Positions 25,423 to 37,094 of a stretch of DNA of 64,000 bases are shown piece by piece. The stretch comes from Macrostomum lignano. Lineage: Eukaryota. The notes beneath the pieces are model-generated. The model did no database searches, had not been told where the DNA came from, and was given only the letters and a program-made list of their open reading frames with translations. The number at the start of each line of letters is the position of its first letter. Position 1 is the stretch's first letter. The DNA is taken from contig NIVC01002323.1 of NCBI GenBank assembly GCA_002269645.1, positions 1 through 64,000 of the forward strand. The letters run 5' to 3'. The translations under genes and the position numbers were made by a program.

Positions 25423-26830
25423 CTCAGTCCTTCAGTTGATGTCATTACAGACACTCCAGTCCTTCAGTTGCTGTCATTACAGACACACCAGTCCTTCAGC
25501 TGTCATTACAGACACTCCAGTCCTTCAGCTGTCACTACAGACACCACAGTCCTACAGCTGTCACTACAGACACCACAGTCCTTCAGCTGTCACTACAGAC
25601 ACCACAGTCCTTCAGCTGTCACTACAGACACCACAGTCCTTCAGCTGTCACTACAGACACCACAGTCCTTCAGCTGTCACTACAGACACCACAGTCCTTC
25701 AGCTGTCACTACAGACACCACAGTCCTTCAGCTGTCACTACAGACACCACAGTCCTTCAGCTGTCATTACAGACACTCCAGTCCTTCAGCTGTCACTACA
25801 GACACCACAGTCCTTCAGCTGTCACTACAGACACCACAGTCCTTCAGCTGTCACTACAGACACCACAGTCCTTCAGCTGTCATTACAGACACTCCAGTCC
25901 TTCAGCTGTTACTACAGACACCACAGTCCTTCAGCTGTTACTACAGACACCACAGTCCTTCAGCTGTCACTACAGACACCACAGTCCTTCAGCTGTCACT
26001 ACATACACACCAGTCCTTCAGCTGTCATTACAGACACACCAGTCCTTCAGCTGTCATTACAGACACTCCAGTCCTTCAGCTGTCATTACAGACACACCAG
26101 TCCTTCAGCTGTCACTACAGACACCACAGTCCTTCAGCTGTCACTACAGACACCACAGTCCTTCAGCTGTCACTACAGACACCACAGTCCTTCAGCTGTC
26201 ACTACAGACACCACAGTCCTTCAGCTGTCACTACAGACACCACAGTCCTTCAGCTGTCACTACAGACACCACAGTCCTTCAGCTGTCACTACAGACACCA
26301 CAGTCCTTCAGCTGTCACTACAGACACCACAGTCCTTCAGCTGTCACTACAGACACCACAGTCCTTCAGCTGTCACTACAGACACCACAGTCCTTCAGCT
26401 GTCACTACAGACACCACAGTCCTTCAGCTGTCACTACAGACACCACAGTCCTTCAGCTGTCACTACAGACACCACAGTCCTTCAGCTGTCACTACAGACA
26501 CCAAAGTCCTTCAGCTGTCACTACAGACACCACAGTCCTTCAGCTGTCATTACAGACACCACAGTCCTTCAGCTGTCACTACAGACACCAAAGTCCTTCA
26601 GCTGTCACTACAGACACCACAGTCCTTCAGCTGTCACTACAGACACCACAGTCCTTCAGCTGTCACTACAGACACCACAGTCCTTCAGCTGTCACTACAG
26701 ACACCACAGTCCTTCAGCTGTCACTACAGACACTCCAGTCCTTCAGCTGTCATTACAGACACTCCAGTCCTTCAGCTGTCATTACAGACACTCCAGTCCT
26801 TCAGCTGTCATTACAGACACTCCAGTCCTT
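25423..26830. repeat. 29-bp minisatellite (CAGTCCTTCAGCTGTCACTACAGACACCA)
   Basis: About 48 highly homogeneous copies; explains the 470 and 506 aa ORFs. Confidence 0.98.
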
Positions 26831-26869
26831 CGGCTTATCATCAAGTAGCTTCATGCCCCGAATCGTTGC

Positions 26870-27352
26870 ATGTCGTTCCACCAGCAGCCCAGTAGCGGTC
26901 GCTCAGGCGTGGTGCTATTCTCAACCAGCCTGTCCACCGTGCGGGCCACCTACTCTGACTGTTTAGCTGTTCGGCGAATTCTTCACTGTTTGGGCGTTTC
27001 ATTCATCGAAAGAAATTTGTGCAACGACAGCGAGGCAAGATCGGTGTGCTCGGGCAGGCAGGTGCCGCTTGTATGGGTTGAGCAGGTGGGCTGGTTGGGT
27101 GGTCGACGGGAGATTGAGCAGCTCAATGAGACTGGAAGATTAAGTCTGCTTCTGTCTGGGCATATTTGTCTGCAAGATCGGCGGCTAAAATTGATGAGAA
27201 GGCATCAACAGAAGCCGTCACAGAGAGTGAACTGGCAGCATAGAAGCCCCTGGTGCAGAAAATGCAACGGAACCGGTTTTGTGCCCGTGATTGAGAATCT
27301 GTGTCGACGGTGTACTTTTTGCGAGGCCACTGGTATTGTAGACTGTTATTAA
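26870..27352 (+). CDS. Glutaredoxin domain-containing cysteine-rich (GRXCR-like) protein; possibly only the last exon
   Basis: VVLFSTSLSTVRATYSDCLAVRRIL..LGVSFIERNL, VPLVWV, LGGRREIEQLNETGRL, then CRKCNGTGFVP and CTFCEATGIVDC. This is the GRX_GRXR_like architecture. Confidence 0.85.
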   Translation: MSFHQQPSSGRSGVVLFSTSLSTVRATYSDCLAVRRILHCLGVSFIERNLCNDSEARSVCSGRQVPLVWVEQVGWLGGRREIEQLNETGRLSLLLSGHICLQDRRLKLMRRHQQKPSQRVNWQHRSPWCRKCNGTGFVPVIENLCRRCTFCEATGIVDCY

Positions 27353-27619
27353 TTGTCGACTTTTACAGTCGTACAGCGATAACTGATAGGATGTTTTTTT
27401 TGAATTCTTTGTTGAATTTTTTGAGTTTTTTTCTGCTTGATTGTTTTGCATTTGAACTGTTTGACTGACATCTTAATTTGATTCTACTTTTGGCAACAAA
27501 ATGCCTTCAATAAAGTTTCTGGCGTACTTAGAGCGCAGTTTTGCAGGAAAATCTTTATTAAATTGAGGTTTAACTTGTGTTTATCATTGATCGAATAACG
27601 CTTATTGTGGGAGGCGGAT

Positions 27620-27780
27620 TAAGGGCGGATAGAGGGTGGAATGAGAGGCAGATAGAGGATAGGTTGAGCGGCGGATAGAGGGTGAGTTAAGCGGCGGATA
27701 GAGGGTGGGTTGAAGGGCCGATAGAGGTTGGGTTTAGCGGCGGATAGAGGGTGGGTTGAGGGGCGGATAGAGGTTGAAAT
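27620..27780. repeat. Degenerate ~23-bp repeat (GCGGCGGATAGAGGGTGGGTT..)
   Basis: About 7 copies of GGATAGAGG. Confidence 0.75.
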
Positions 27781-28071
27781 GAGGGGCATAATGGTTAAAT
27801 AATGACTATATTTAGTAGACGTTACTACAGAACCATTACAATTTTCGGTTTGCAGTTTATAGCTGTAGTGCACACAGTCGTTAGTTATTTTTATTAAAAG
27901 CAGTGATTAAATATGATGCGTAATACTTTAACTGCAGAAAGCATATTATACTTAAAGTAGTCGAGGGATTGTCGTTTTGTATTTTTTTTCGAATTCTAAA
28001 ACTCATCGTCCAAAGGAAATCTTGGCCATTACTTGTACATTGTACATGTTGTTTAACAAATTGTCGGCTTA

Positions 28072-29229
28072 TCACTGTACTAGAATCTCAAACTCCATCA
28101 TAGAGTAGTGCGTCCCAAATGGATGTTTCCTTATTATGCCGTTTCTAGCTTGTGTGTTCAGAGCCTCAGGTGGGTTGTAGTATAAGCCGTTAGGGCTGTA
28201 CATGTAGGTAGGTGCGTAGCAATATGTAAACCACCAGCCTCCTTTGTAGTCGGAGCTGCAGTGATATGAACTTTTATCGTTGTCAGAATCTAAGGTGCTG
28301 AACATGGCTCCATTGTGCGAAACAAAATTGTCATACATGACAGGATCGCTGCCATGGAAACCGGAGACATTCAAACGGAATTTGTCGGCCTCGCTGGCCA
28401 CGGAGAAGCTGGAGTAGTCGGCCCAGAACTCCGTGCCATTCCACAGCCTCATTCGCATGCGAAGTGCTCGACCAGACGGCCAGGTCAGAGAGTGCACAGC
28501 TCGCAGACCTGCAGTTGTCAAGCAGAGCTCAATGCTGAGCAGCTCACAGCCACAGGAGGCCAGCGCTATCAAAAAGTGCATCAATACCGTCATGACCGCA
28601 CTGCACTGCACTCACCGAGCCAGTGGTTCGTGTGGGCTCCCTCTCCGAAGCCGGCTGCGTACTCGGTCCAGTTGCGATAGAAGTCTGTCGAGTTGTCCAC
28701 CCGACGCTGGATGCTGATCCAGCAGTCGCTGAGTGACGTCACAAACACCTGCAGTGAGGCATTGAGAGCTGCGGTCAGGCAAGTGCTGTCAGTTACCTGG
28801 CTGTCAGGTGAGTCAGTGCACGCTTGCTACTCACCCTGATGCAGCACGGAGACTGGTGAGTGTGAGGCGTCAGTCTGCGACACACAGCGCCACTTCGGTT
28901 TGCTGGAATGCAAATGAGCTCAGCTGGGTGAGCAGCTTCATCAGGTTTAAGGCATCGAGCATGCAGCCAGGACTCACTCACCCACGATGCACTGGGGCTG
29001 CTGAGCACCGTCTCGAGGGATGAAGACCAGCAGCTGGTGAGCGAGCAGGTGCTTGGCAGCCTGTGCAGCGCACTGCAGCACATCGCTGGCTTGGTTGATG
29101 GAGGAGACGAAGAAGTGGCGGACTCGACCGCCCGACCAGCTGCTGCTGTGCACCTCGAAGAGCTCAGCTCTGTTTTTAGCTACCGCAACTGGGATCATCA
29201 CGGGTTAGAAACAGCTTTGTAATGATCAT
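28072..29229 (-). CDS. Fibrinogen-related domain protein A (FReD/ficolin-like); exons 29229-28982, 28923-28835, 28748-28616, 28508-28072; one +1 indel in the signal peptide
   Basis: FBG domain motifs WISIQRRVDNSTDFYRNWTEYAAGFG..HWLG|LRAVH, FRLNVSGF, HNGAMFSTLDSDND and C..YKGGWWF..C...PNGLY. Splice phases are consistent. The signal peptide MIITKLFLTVMIPVAVA is restored by removing one base from the run at 29202-29204. Confidence 0.9.
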
Positions 29230-29974
29230 TCTCACGTTTAGTTGGTAATCAAAATTGTGCGTATAATAATATACGAATTCTGCTAAGCTGCTGCTGGCTG
29301 CATGAAACTGTTTATATCTGTTTCGATCAGCTCCTCGGATGCTTTCATTTTGAAAGGTCTAGTATAGTAGTTAGTATTGAAGAGAAAAAATAGCCATTTG
29401 GCTGCAGTTCGTCATCGATCGGCACGCAATGGGACGTAAAGTGTTGTCTCAGTAACAATTGTCAATAACTCTTTACTTTCTTTGCTTGAGGTCCTATGTT
29501 GGAGAAACGCATTCTGCTTTCATGCTTGCAGCTCTCGTGGTACCGGAGCGTGGCAAGGAAAATTCTCCCGATAGACCTCACTTTTGTTTTCTCATAAGTC
29601 TGACAATTGCAAGGTGACTTCATCCCAGACGCCGTGGCGTGGCGGGCATTCGCTGCACGACCTGACGCTTGTCGCTCATGGCACTGTGTTGATGAAATAC
29701 AAAAAATATTCTTGGCAACATGGCCGCTACTTGCTTCATGCCTATAGAATCTTACACTCGTCAGGTGACGAATTTCTTTTGTTTTACGGTATTGATGCAC
29801 GGCATTGAGGAAACCCTTGACTTGAATTGATCGACAATTGAAATACAGTTGTCCTAATGCCCCCAGCTCGGGGTAAGTCCGATGCTGGCCGCAAGCATTT
29901 CCCGTTGGGCCCCTAAGCCTTTACAGTTTTGTATTGCAAACGACTACAGCTCAAGTCGATGCGGTGTGTACCTT

Positions 29975-30240
29975 TTCTCTCCTTCTCTCCTCTCCTCTCC
30001 TCTCCTCTCCTCTCCTCTCCTCCTCTACTCTCTTCTTCTTTCCTCTTCTCCTTTCGTCTCCTCTCCTCTCCTCCTCTCCCCTCCTCTCCTCTCCCCTCCT
30101 CTCCTCTCATCTCCTCTCCCCTCCTCTCCTCTCATCTCCTCTCCCCTCCTCTCCTCTCCCCTCCTCTCCTCTCCCCTCCTCTCCCCTCTTCTCCTCTCCT
30201 CTTCTCTCCTCTCCTCTCCTCTCCTCTCCTCTCATCTCCT
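29975..30240. repeat. (CCTCT)n pentanucleotide repeat
   Basis: Direct observation. Confidence 0.95.
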
Positions 30241-30489
30241 GTGCTTCGTGCTTCGTTCTAAATGGCCATATACTTCGTATGATCGAGCTCTATATATTGC
30301 TGAACGGAAAGTTAACTTTCCCAGCTCATTTACAAACAGTAATTTTCACGCATCTAAAAACCTAGGCCGACTAAAGTAGGTAAATAAACGGGAAACTGTG
30401 TTTCTTGGAAAATCTTTCTTGAAGTCTCGATGTAGGAAAAAAATCTACGCATTTAATTTTAGTTTAACATACATAAGGGATGAATTTTT

Positions 30490-30818
30490 ATCGAAATCAG
30501 ACCGATTTCCTGCTTTCAATATGATACTTACTTGGTAATAAAAATAATAATATTGTTGTACCTGCTGTGCTTCTCCGGCTGTCTGGCACAGTGATTTGGG
30601 CTCTCCGTCTTCTCAACCGGAAGCCTTCTCGTAGCTCTTAGTAGCGTAGGTAGTGCTGCCACCAGGACCTTTCTGATTTCTGATCGAATGGTGCAAGTTC
30701 GAAGAAAATCGGTTGAGTCGTTTTTTTCTGAAATCGATCGCATACCTACCGACCATTTTTATTATATTGGCCGTCGCTTGCGGGGTCCCCGGGCAGAGTG
30801 CGCCAGGCACTATTTTTA
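30490..30818 (+). mobile_element. Possible non-autonomous Helitron/Helentron-type (HINE-like) element
   Basis: TGCAAGTTCGAAGAAAATCGGTTGAGTCGTTT..CATTTTTATTATA segment, an 8-bp inverted repeat (30501-30508 and 30706-30713), and a terminal hairpin AGTGC-GCCAG-GCACT followed by a T-run. Confidence 0.3.
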
Positions 30819-32079
30819 GAAACATGAGTCACTCCTTTCCTTAGAGAAAGGAACTGGGCCTCAGGCACGTGATTTCCCTCGTAAACATATACAAATGAGT
30901 GCAGTAAACATCGTTGTCAGTACTCTTAAACTGGACTTCAGCTTTAGGACTTCGCGAACTTCATGACTTGCTCACCAGCCACCAGCACGACCTCAGGACG
31001 ATAATAAAAGAAGAGAAAAGAAGAGATGCCACAATGCCAGTGGCTGTTCGCAGGGGCTTCTTGTCGTAACGCCCTGGGCAACATTGTTCCACAGTTAACG
31101 GTTACTAAAGAGTCAATTCTGCCCATTCCGCTGACTCCTGAGTGGTAGTTAATTAGTTAATGTTGTAGTTAATCTCTAAAACTTACGAGTCAGGCTCTAA
31201 CAAAGTACCTGCACCTGGAGTAGATTTTAAAGGTTAGATATTGTCAAATTAGGTGCCTGTGGCTCGAAAGCTTTAGTAGTCCAGAGAATTATCGAATAGA
31301 ACTAATGCTATTCTGTATAGTGATTGCATGAAAGCAAGAGAAAAGTCAAGTTTTTAGGTGTATTCTGAGATTGTAAAAAAGCTTGTCAACTTTGCACAGG
31401 TTAAGCAAAATCTATACATTTTTACTTAATCTATGCTCAGAGAGGTTGAAGGTACTAGAACAAGACTGGACTCAGCTATTCCGATTGCCTTAGCTTATCG
31501 TATTTGTGCGGTTGAAAAAAAGATCAGTTGAAAAAAAAGAGTTGCGTAAAACGGCTCAGTTAAAACAATTGCAGATGCACTTTAAACTTGACGCTGGTTC
31601 ATTCCCTTATCTAATATCTAATTCTAACTTTTTGCTGGCTAAAAGTGGACCATAATATATTGGCTTCCAGGTAAATATTTTCGACAGCCAGAGGTGGCTG
31701 GCGCAAGCGTAAAAAGCCGCAATTATCTCAATTAGATGCACCACCCTTATCTCTAAGAAGCCGGTTTTCCAGAACCGGTCCCTTGATTGCGCATGCAGTC
31801 AGCGAACCAAGTTTTCAACCTTTTTTAGCTCAATTCTTTCGTTGGGCCGATTTCCTCAGCTAGGGTTTCTTTCTTACTTGGTTTTGCTAAGTTGAAAAAT
31901 GGTTAAAACAGGCGCGCACTTTAAAAAGGTTTAAAGCATTTTAAAAGAGCAATGAACTTTTAGCAATTAGTTCAATGTCATATCGCCAAACAATTACAAT
32001 TACAACTTACCAGCAGGTGTTTTTGGGAATAGGCCCGGGGTCACTGATTTAAAAAGAGTAGTCACTAACACGGTCACAA

Positions 32080-34140
32080 ATTGGAACAGGGGTCGTTAAT
32101 TGAAATAGGGGTTATTAAATGAAACAGGGGACATTGCATGGAACAGGGGTCATTGCATTGAAAAGGGGTCATTGCATGGAACAGGGGTAATTTCATGGAA
32201 TCGGGGTCACAAATTGAAACAGGGGTCATTACTTGGATTGAAACAGGGGTCACAAATTGAAACAGGGGTCATTACTTGGATTGAAACAGGGGTCACAAAT
32301 TGAAACAGGGGTCATTACTTGGATTGAAACAGGGGTCACAAATTGAAACAGGGGTCATTACTTGGATTGAAACAGGGGTCATTACTTGGATTGAAACAGG
32401 GGTCATTACTTGGATTGAAACAGGGGCCATTACTTGGATTGAAACAGGGGTCACAAATTGAAACAGGGGTCATTACTTGGATTGAAACAGGGGTCATTAC
32501 TTGGATTGAAACAGGGGTCATTACTTGGATTGAAACAGGGGTCATTACTTGGATTGAAACAGGGGTCACTAATTGAAACAGGGGTCGTTAATTGAAACAA
32601 GAGTCATTACATGAAACAGGAGTCATCGCATGGAACAGGGGTCATTGCATGGAACAGGGGTCATTGCATGGAACAGGGGTCATTGCATGGAACAGGGGTC
32701 ATTGCATGGAACAGGGGTCATTACATGAAACAGGAGTCATCGCATGGAACAGGGGTCATTGCATGGAACAGGGGTCATTGCATTGAAAAGGGGTCATTGC
32801 ATGGAACAGGGGTAATTTCATGGAATCGGGGTCACAAATTGAAACAGGGGTCATTACTTGGATTGAAACAGGGGTCACAAATTGAAACAGGGGTCATTAC
32901 TTGGATTGAAACAGGGGTCACAAATTGAAACAGGGGTCATTACTTGGATTGAAACAGGGGTCACAAATTGAAACAGGGGTCATTACTTGGATTGAAACAG
33001 GGGTCATTACTTGGATTGAAACAGGGGTCATTACTTGGATTGAAACAGGGGCCATTACTTGGATTGAAACAGGGGTCATTACTTGGATTGAAACAGGGGC
33101 CATTACTTGGATTGAAACAGGGGTCATTACTTGGATTGAAACAGGGGTCATTACTTGGATTGAAACAGGGGTCATTACTTGGATTGAAACAGGGGTCACA
33201 AATTGAAACAGGGGTCATTACTTGGATTGAAACAGGGGTCATTACTTGGATTGAAACAGGGGTCATTACTTGGATTGAAACAGGGGTCACTAATTGAAAC
33301 AAGAGTCATTACATGAAACAGGAGTCATCGCATGGAACAGGGGTCATTGCATGGAACAGGAGTCATTGCATGAAACAGGAGTCATCGCATGGAACAGGGG
33401 TCATTGCATGGAACAGGGGTCATTGCATGGAACAGGGGTCATTACATGAAACAGGAGTCATCGCATGGAACAGGGGTCATTGCATGAAACAGGAGTCATC
33501 GCATGGAACAGGGGTCATTGCATGAAACAGGAGTCATTGCATGGAACAGGGGTCATTGCATGAAACAGGAGTCATCGCATGAAACAGGGGTCATTGCATG
33601 AAACAGGAGTCATTGCATGGAACAGGGGTCATTGCATGAAACAGGAGTCATCGCATGGAACAGGGGTCATTGCATGAAACAGGAGTCATCGCATGGAACA
33701 GGGGTCATTGCATGAAACAGGAGTCATCGCATGGAACAGGGGTCATTGCATGGAACAGGAGTCATCGCATGGAACAGGGGTCATTGCATGAAACAGGAGT
33801 CATCGCATGGAACAGGGGTCATTGCATGGAACAGGGGTCATTGCATGGAACAGGGGTCATTGCATGGAACAGGGGTCATTGCATGGAACAGGGGTCATTA
33901 CATGAAACAGGAGTCATCGCATGGAACAGGGGTCATTGCATGGAACAGGGGTCATTGCATGGAACAGGGGTCATTGCATGGAACAGGGGTCATTGCATGG
34001 AACAGGGGTCATTGCATGGAACAGGGGTCATTGCATGGAACAGGGGTCATTACTTGGAACAGCGGTCATTACTGGGATTGGAACAGGGGTCATTACTGGG
34101 ATTGGAACAGAGGTCATTACTTGGAACAGGGGTCACTTAC
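32080..34140. repeat. Complex satellite of 19- and 24-bp units sharing an AACAGGGGTCA core, with higher-order structure
   Basis: Units are GAAACAGGGGTCATTACTTGGATT, GAAACAGGGGTCACAAATT and CATGGAACAGGGGTCATTG; rare marker variants recur at 625-702 bp. Confidence 0.95.
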
Positions 34141-34320
34141 CGAATGAACCTGAACAATATTCACACCCTGACTTAATATTAATTTTAAACTTCGTTCCGT
34201 TCAACTTCGGTGTGGCCAAGTCGCGCAGGAAACTACACGTAGAAAGCACGACTCAACATAGTGACATTCGATAAGAAACTGAGCAAACTGCGACTGAGCT
34301 GCCCTCGAAAGGCCCACTTG

Positions 34321-34330
34321 TGTATATAAG
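34321..34330 (+). promoter_or_regulatory. Candidate TATA box upstream of the SLC22 gene
   Basis: TATATAAG about 105 bp upstream of the ATG at 34430. Confidence 0.3.
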
Positions 34331-34429
34331 CGGATTTAGCACGGTTAACTTTCTATTCTACTACCAAAATTCGATCTCCTGAGAGCGTGAGCATTTTAGA
34401 CCCCCCCCTGATTATCTTTACCGAGCAGC

Positions 34430-37057
34430 ATGGTGCAGCCAAACGAGGACCCAGCGGAGTCCACCGTCAACAAAAAATTGCTTTTAGAAGAAGAGGCAAA
34501 GAAAACGGAAGAGACTGGATCTAGTCAGGATGCCAATTCGTTGCCCAAGGATTCGAAGGAAGAAGGTGAACAGTGATTTGGTAAATACTATTTTTAGTTT
34601 CGGTGCCTCAACCTGATTCTTATGAAGGTTTGAACAGAATTTTAATCTTTATACCCATGAATGTATAATAAACTTATTCAATGAATAAGTATTAGACACT
34701 GACAGCCCCATGAAGACCCTGTGAAGACACTGACAACCCTATGAAGACACTGACAACCCTATGAAGACACTGACAACTCAATAAAGACACTGACAACCCT
34801 ATGAAGACACTGACAACTCAATAAAGACACTGACAACCCTGTGAAGACACTGACAACCCTATGAAGACACTGACAGCCCTATGAAGACACTGACAACCCT
34901 ATGAAGACACTGACAACCCTATGAAGACACTGACAACTCAATAAAGACACTGACAACCCTGTGAAGACACTGACAACCCTATGAAGACACTGACAACCCT
35001 ATGAAGACACTGACAACCCTGCGAAGATACAGAGAACCCTGTAAAAACACTGACAACCCTATGAGGACACTGAAAACTCTATAAAGACACTGACAGTTCT
35101 ATAGAGACACTGACAACCCTGTGAAGACACTGACAACCCTGTGAAGACACTGACAACCCAGTGAAGACACTGACAACCCTGTGAAGACACTGACAACCCT
35201 GTGAAGACACTGACAACTCAATAAAGACACTGACAACCCTGTGAAGACACTGACTGCCCTATGAAGGCTAACAACTCAATAAAAATAATTCACTGACATC
35301 ATTATAGAGGCACTTACATGTACAACCCTCATAGAAAGAGTTAAAGCCAGAAGCAATTAAACTAACTTTCATCACCTGTAATTACCGCAGACTCCGACAC
35401 CAGCAACCACAAGTTGCAACTCGAAGATCTACTCGACAAAGTCTGCGGTCCTGGCCGGTTCACCTGCCTACTTCTCGTTATCGGCTTCATTAACAACATC
35501 TGCCCGGGCGCGGTGTCCCTCGGCCACGCGCTGTTTCTGTACACGCCCAAGTTTCTGTGCGACGTCAACGCCACACTGGCTGGCCTGGCCTCACCTTCGA
35601 ATCTCCATGGCAACAGTAACGATTGCGACTTAACAGTCAGCGAAGACCAATGCAGCCTGACGCTTAGCAACTGTACCGCTTCGAATCTGCTGGGTCAGTT
35701 CGCCTGCACCGCTTGGAGCTTTGACTCTACTCACCTGGCTGTCACGGTGGTGACTCGGTTCATGCTGGTCTGCGACCGGGCTCCCCTGTCTCGCCTGCCC
35801 GCCACGCTGTACTTTGTCGGCTTCCTGATCGGCAGCACGAGCTACGGCCTGTTCAGCGACAAGATCGGCCGTCGGCTGGCCCTGCTGATTGCCACCCTGC
35901 ACCTCAGCCTGTTCGCCTTCGTGTTGGCCGTCGTGCCGACCTTCCCGCTCCTGCTGGCTGCCGAGGTGCTGGCCGGCGCGGGCACCGCCGGGGTCATCAC
36001 CGTGTCCTGCGCGCTGCTAGTCGAGCTGACGCCGAGGCGCCTTCGATCTCAGCTGCTGTTCAACGGGTCGCACGGCTGGTGCATGGGGATCCTCACGATC
36101 GGCCTGGCCGCCTGGTTCATGCCGGACTATCGACACCAGCTCGCCGCCGCCGGCTGCATCGGCCTGCTTGGCGCTATCCTGTCTCCGTTTCTGGGCGAGT
36201 CGCCTCGCTGGCTGCTGGCCACCGACCGGCACCGCCAGGCCGGCCGGGCGCTGATTCGGATTGCCGGTTTGAATCGACGCAGCGCGCCGAACGTCGAGCT
36301 GCTGCAGGGTCTGACGCCGCCAAAGACGGCAGCTACCGCCGAGTCCACCGGCATTTCTCAGCTATTCCGTAGGCCAGGACTCAGGCGCCTCACCCTGCTC
36401 AACTGGGCGCAGTTCTTCTCCATCGCCATGTGCTACTACGGAGTCGGCCTGAGCATCGGCAGCCTAGGCGGCAGCGTGGTGCTCAGCTGCATCCTCATGG
36501 CGCTGGTCGAGCCGCCCTCCCGGTTCCTGGGCGGCTTCCTGTGCACCCGCTTCGGCCGCAGGCCGGTGCTCGGCGTCTGCTTTGCCTGCATCGGCGCCGC
36601 CATCATCGCGTGCAGCCTCATCATCCAGCAGCCGGGCCTCGCCGCGGTGCGCACCGCCTGCGCCATCTTCGGCACCTTCTGGAGCTGCCTGGCCTTCACC
36701 ACCGTGTGGCTGTACGCCAACGAGGCATTCCCGACCCCGGTGAGAGCGCTGGGCGCCGGCAGCGGCTCCACTCTGGCTCGAGTTGGCGCCTTGCTCAGCA
36801 CTCTGGTTGCTATGCTGGACTCTTATTGGCCGCCGGCTCCGTTTGCCGTGTTTGGCAGCGTTGCTATGGCTACTCTGCTCGTTGTCTACCTGCTGCCGGA
36901 GACGGGGGGCATGGTGGATCTGCCGGCCACCATGGACGAGGGCGACAGGCTGGGAAGGCTCATTGGCACCGGATCTGGGAGCGGGAAGGCTGCCAAGAGT
37001 AGGGAGGTTGTGATGAAGCTGCCCGATGATGCTCAAGGCGTTCGGGAGGCTGTGTGA
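34430..37057 (+). CDS. SLC22 organic cation/anion transporter; exons 34430-34565 and 35391-37057 (600 aa)
   Basis: Motifs LEDLLDKVCGPGRF, TVVTRFMLVCDR, SDKIGRR, LGESPRWLL, RFGRRPVL and YANEAFPTPVRALG, and LLPET. A phase-1 intron (34566-35390) joins an acidic N-terminal exon to the long ORF. Confidence 0.92.
34695..35265. repeat. 20-bp minisatellite (GAAGACACTGACAACCCTAT), SLC22 intron
   Basis: About 28 copies. Confidence 0.95.
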
Positions 37058-37094
37058 GAAGATTTGAGGGCGTCTCGGGTTGAAAAGCTTTCTC

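Noticed and set aside
25375-26895. 470 and 506 aa ORFs, and similar ORFs at 1527-2629, 9560-10384, 22639-24611, 32336-34274, 40857-42232 and 52037-53059
   Set aside because: They translate tandem repeats that are open in several frames, and most lie in introns defined by neighbouring exons
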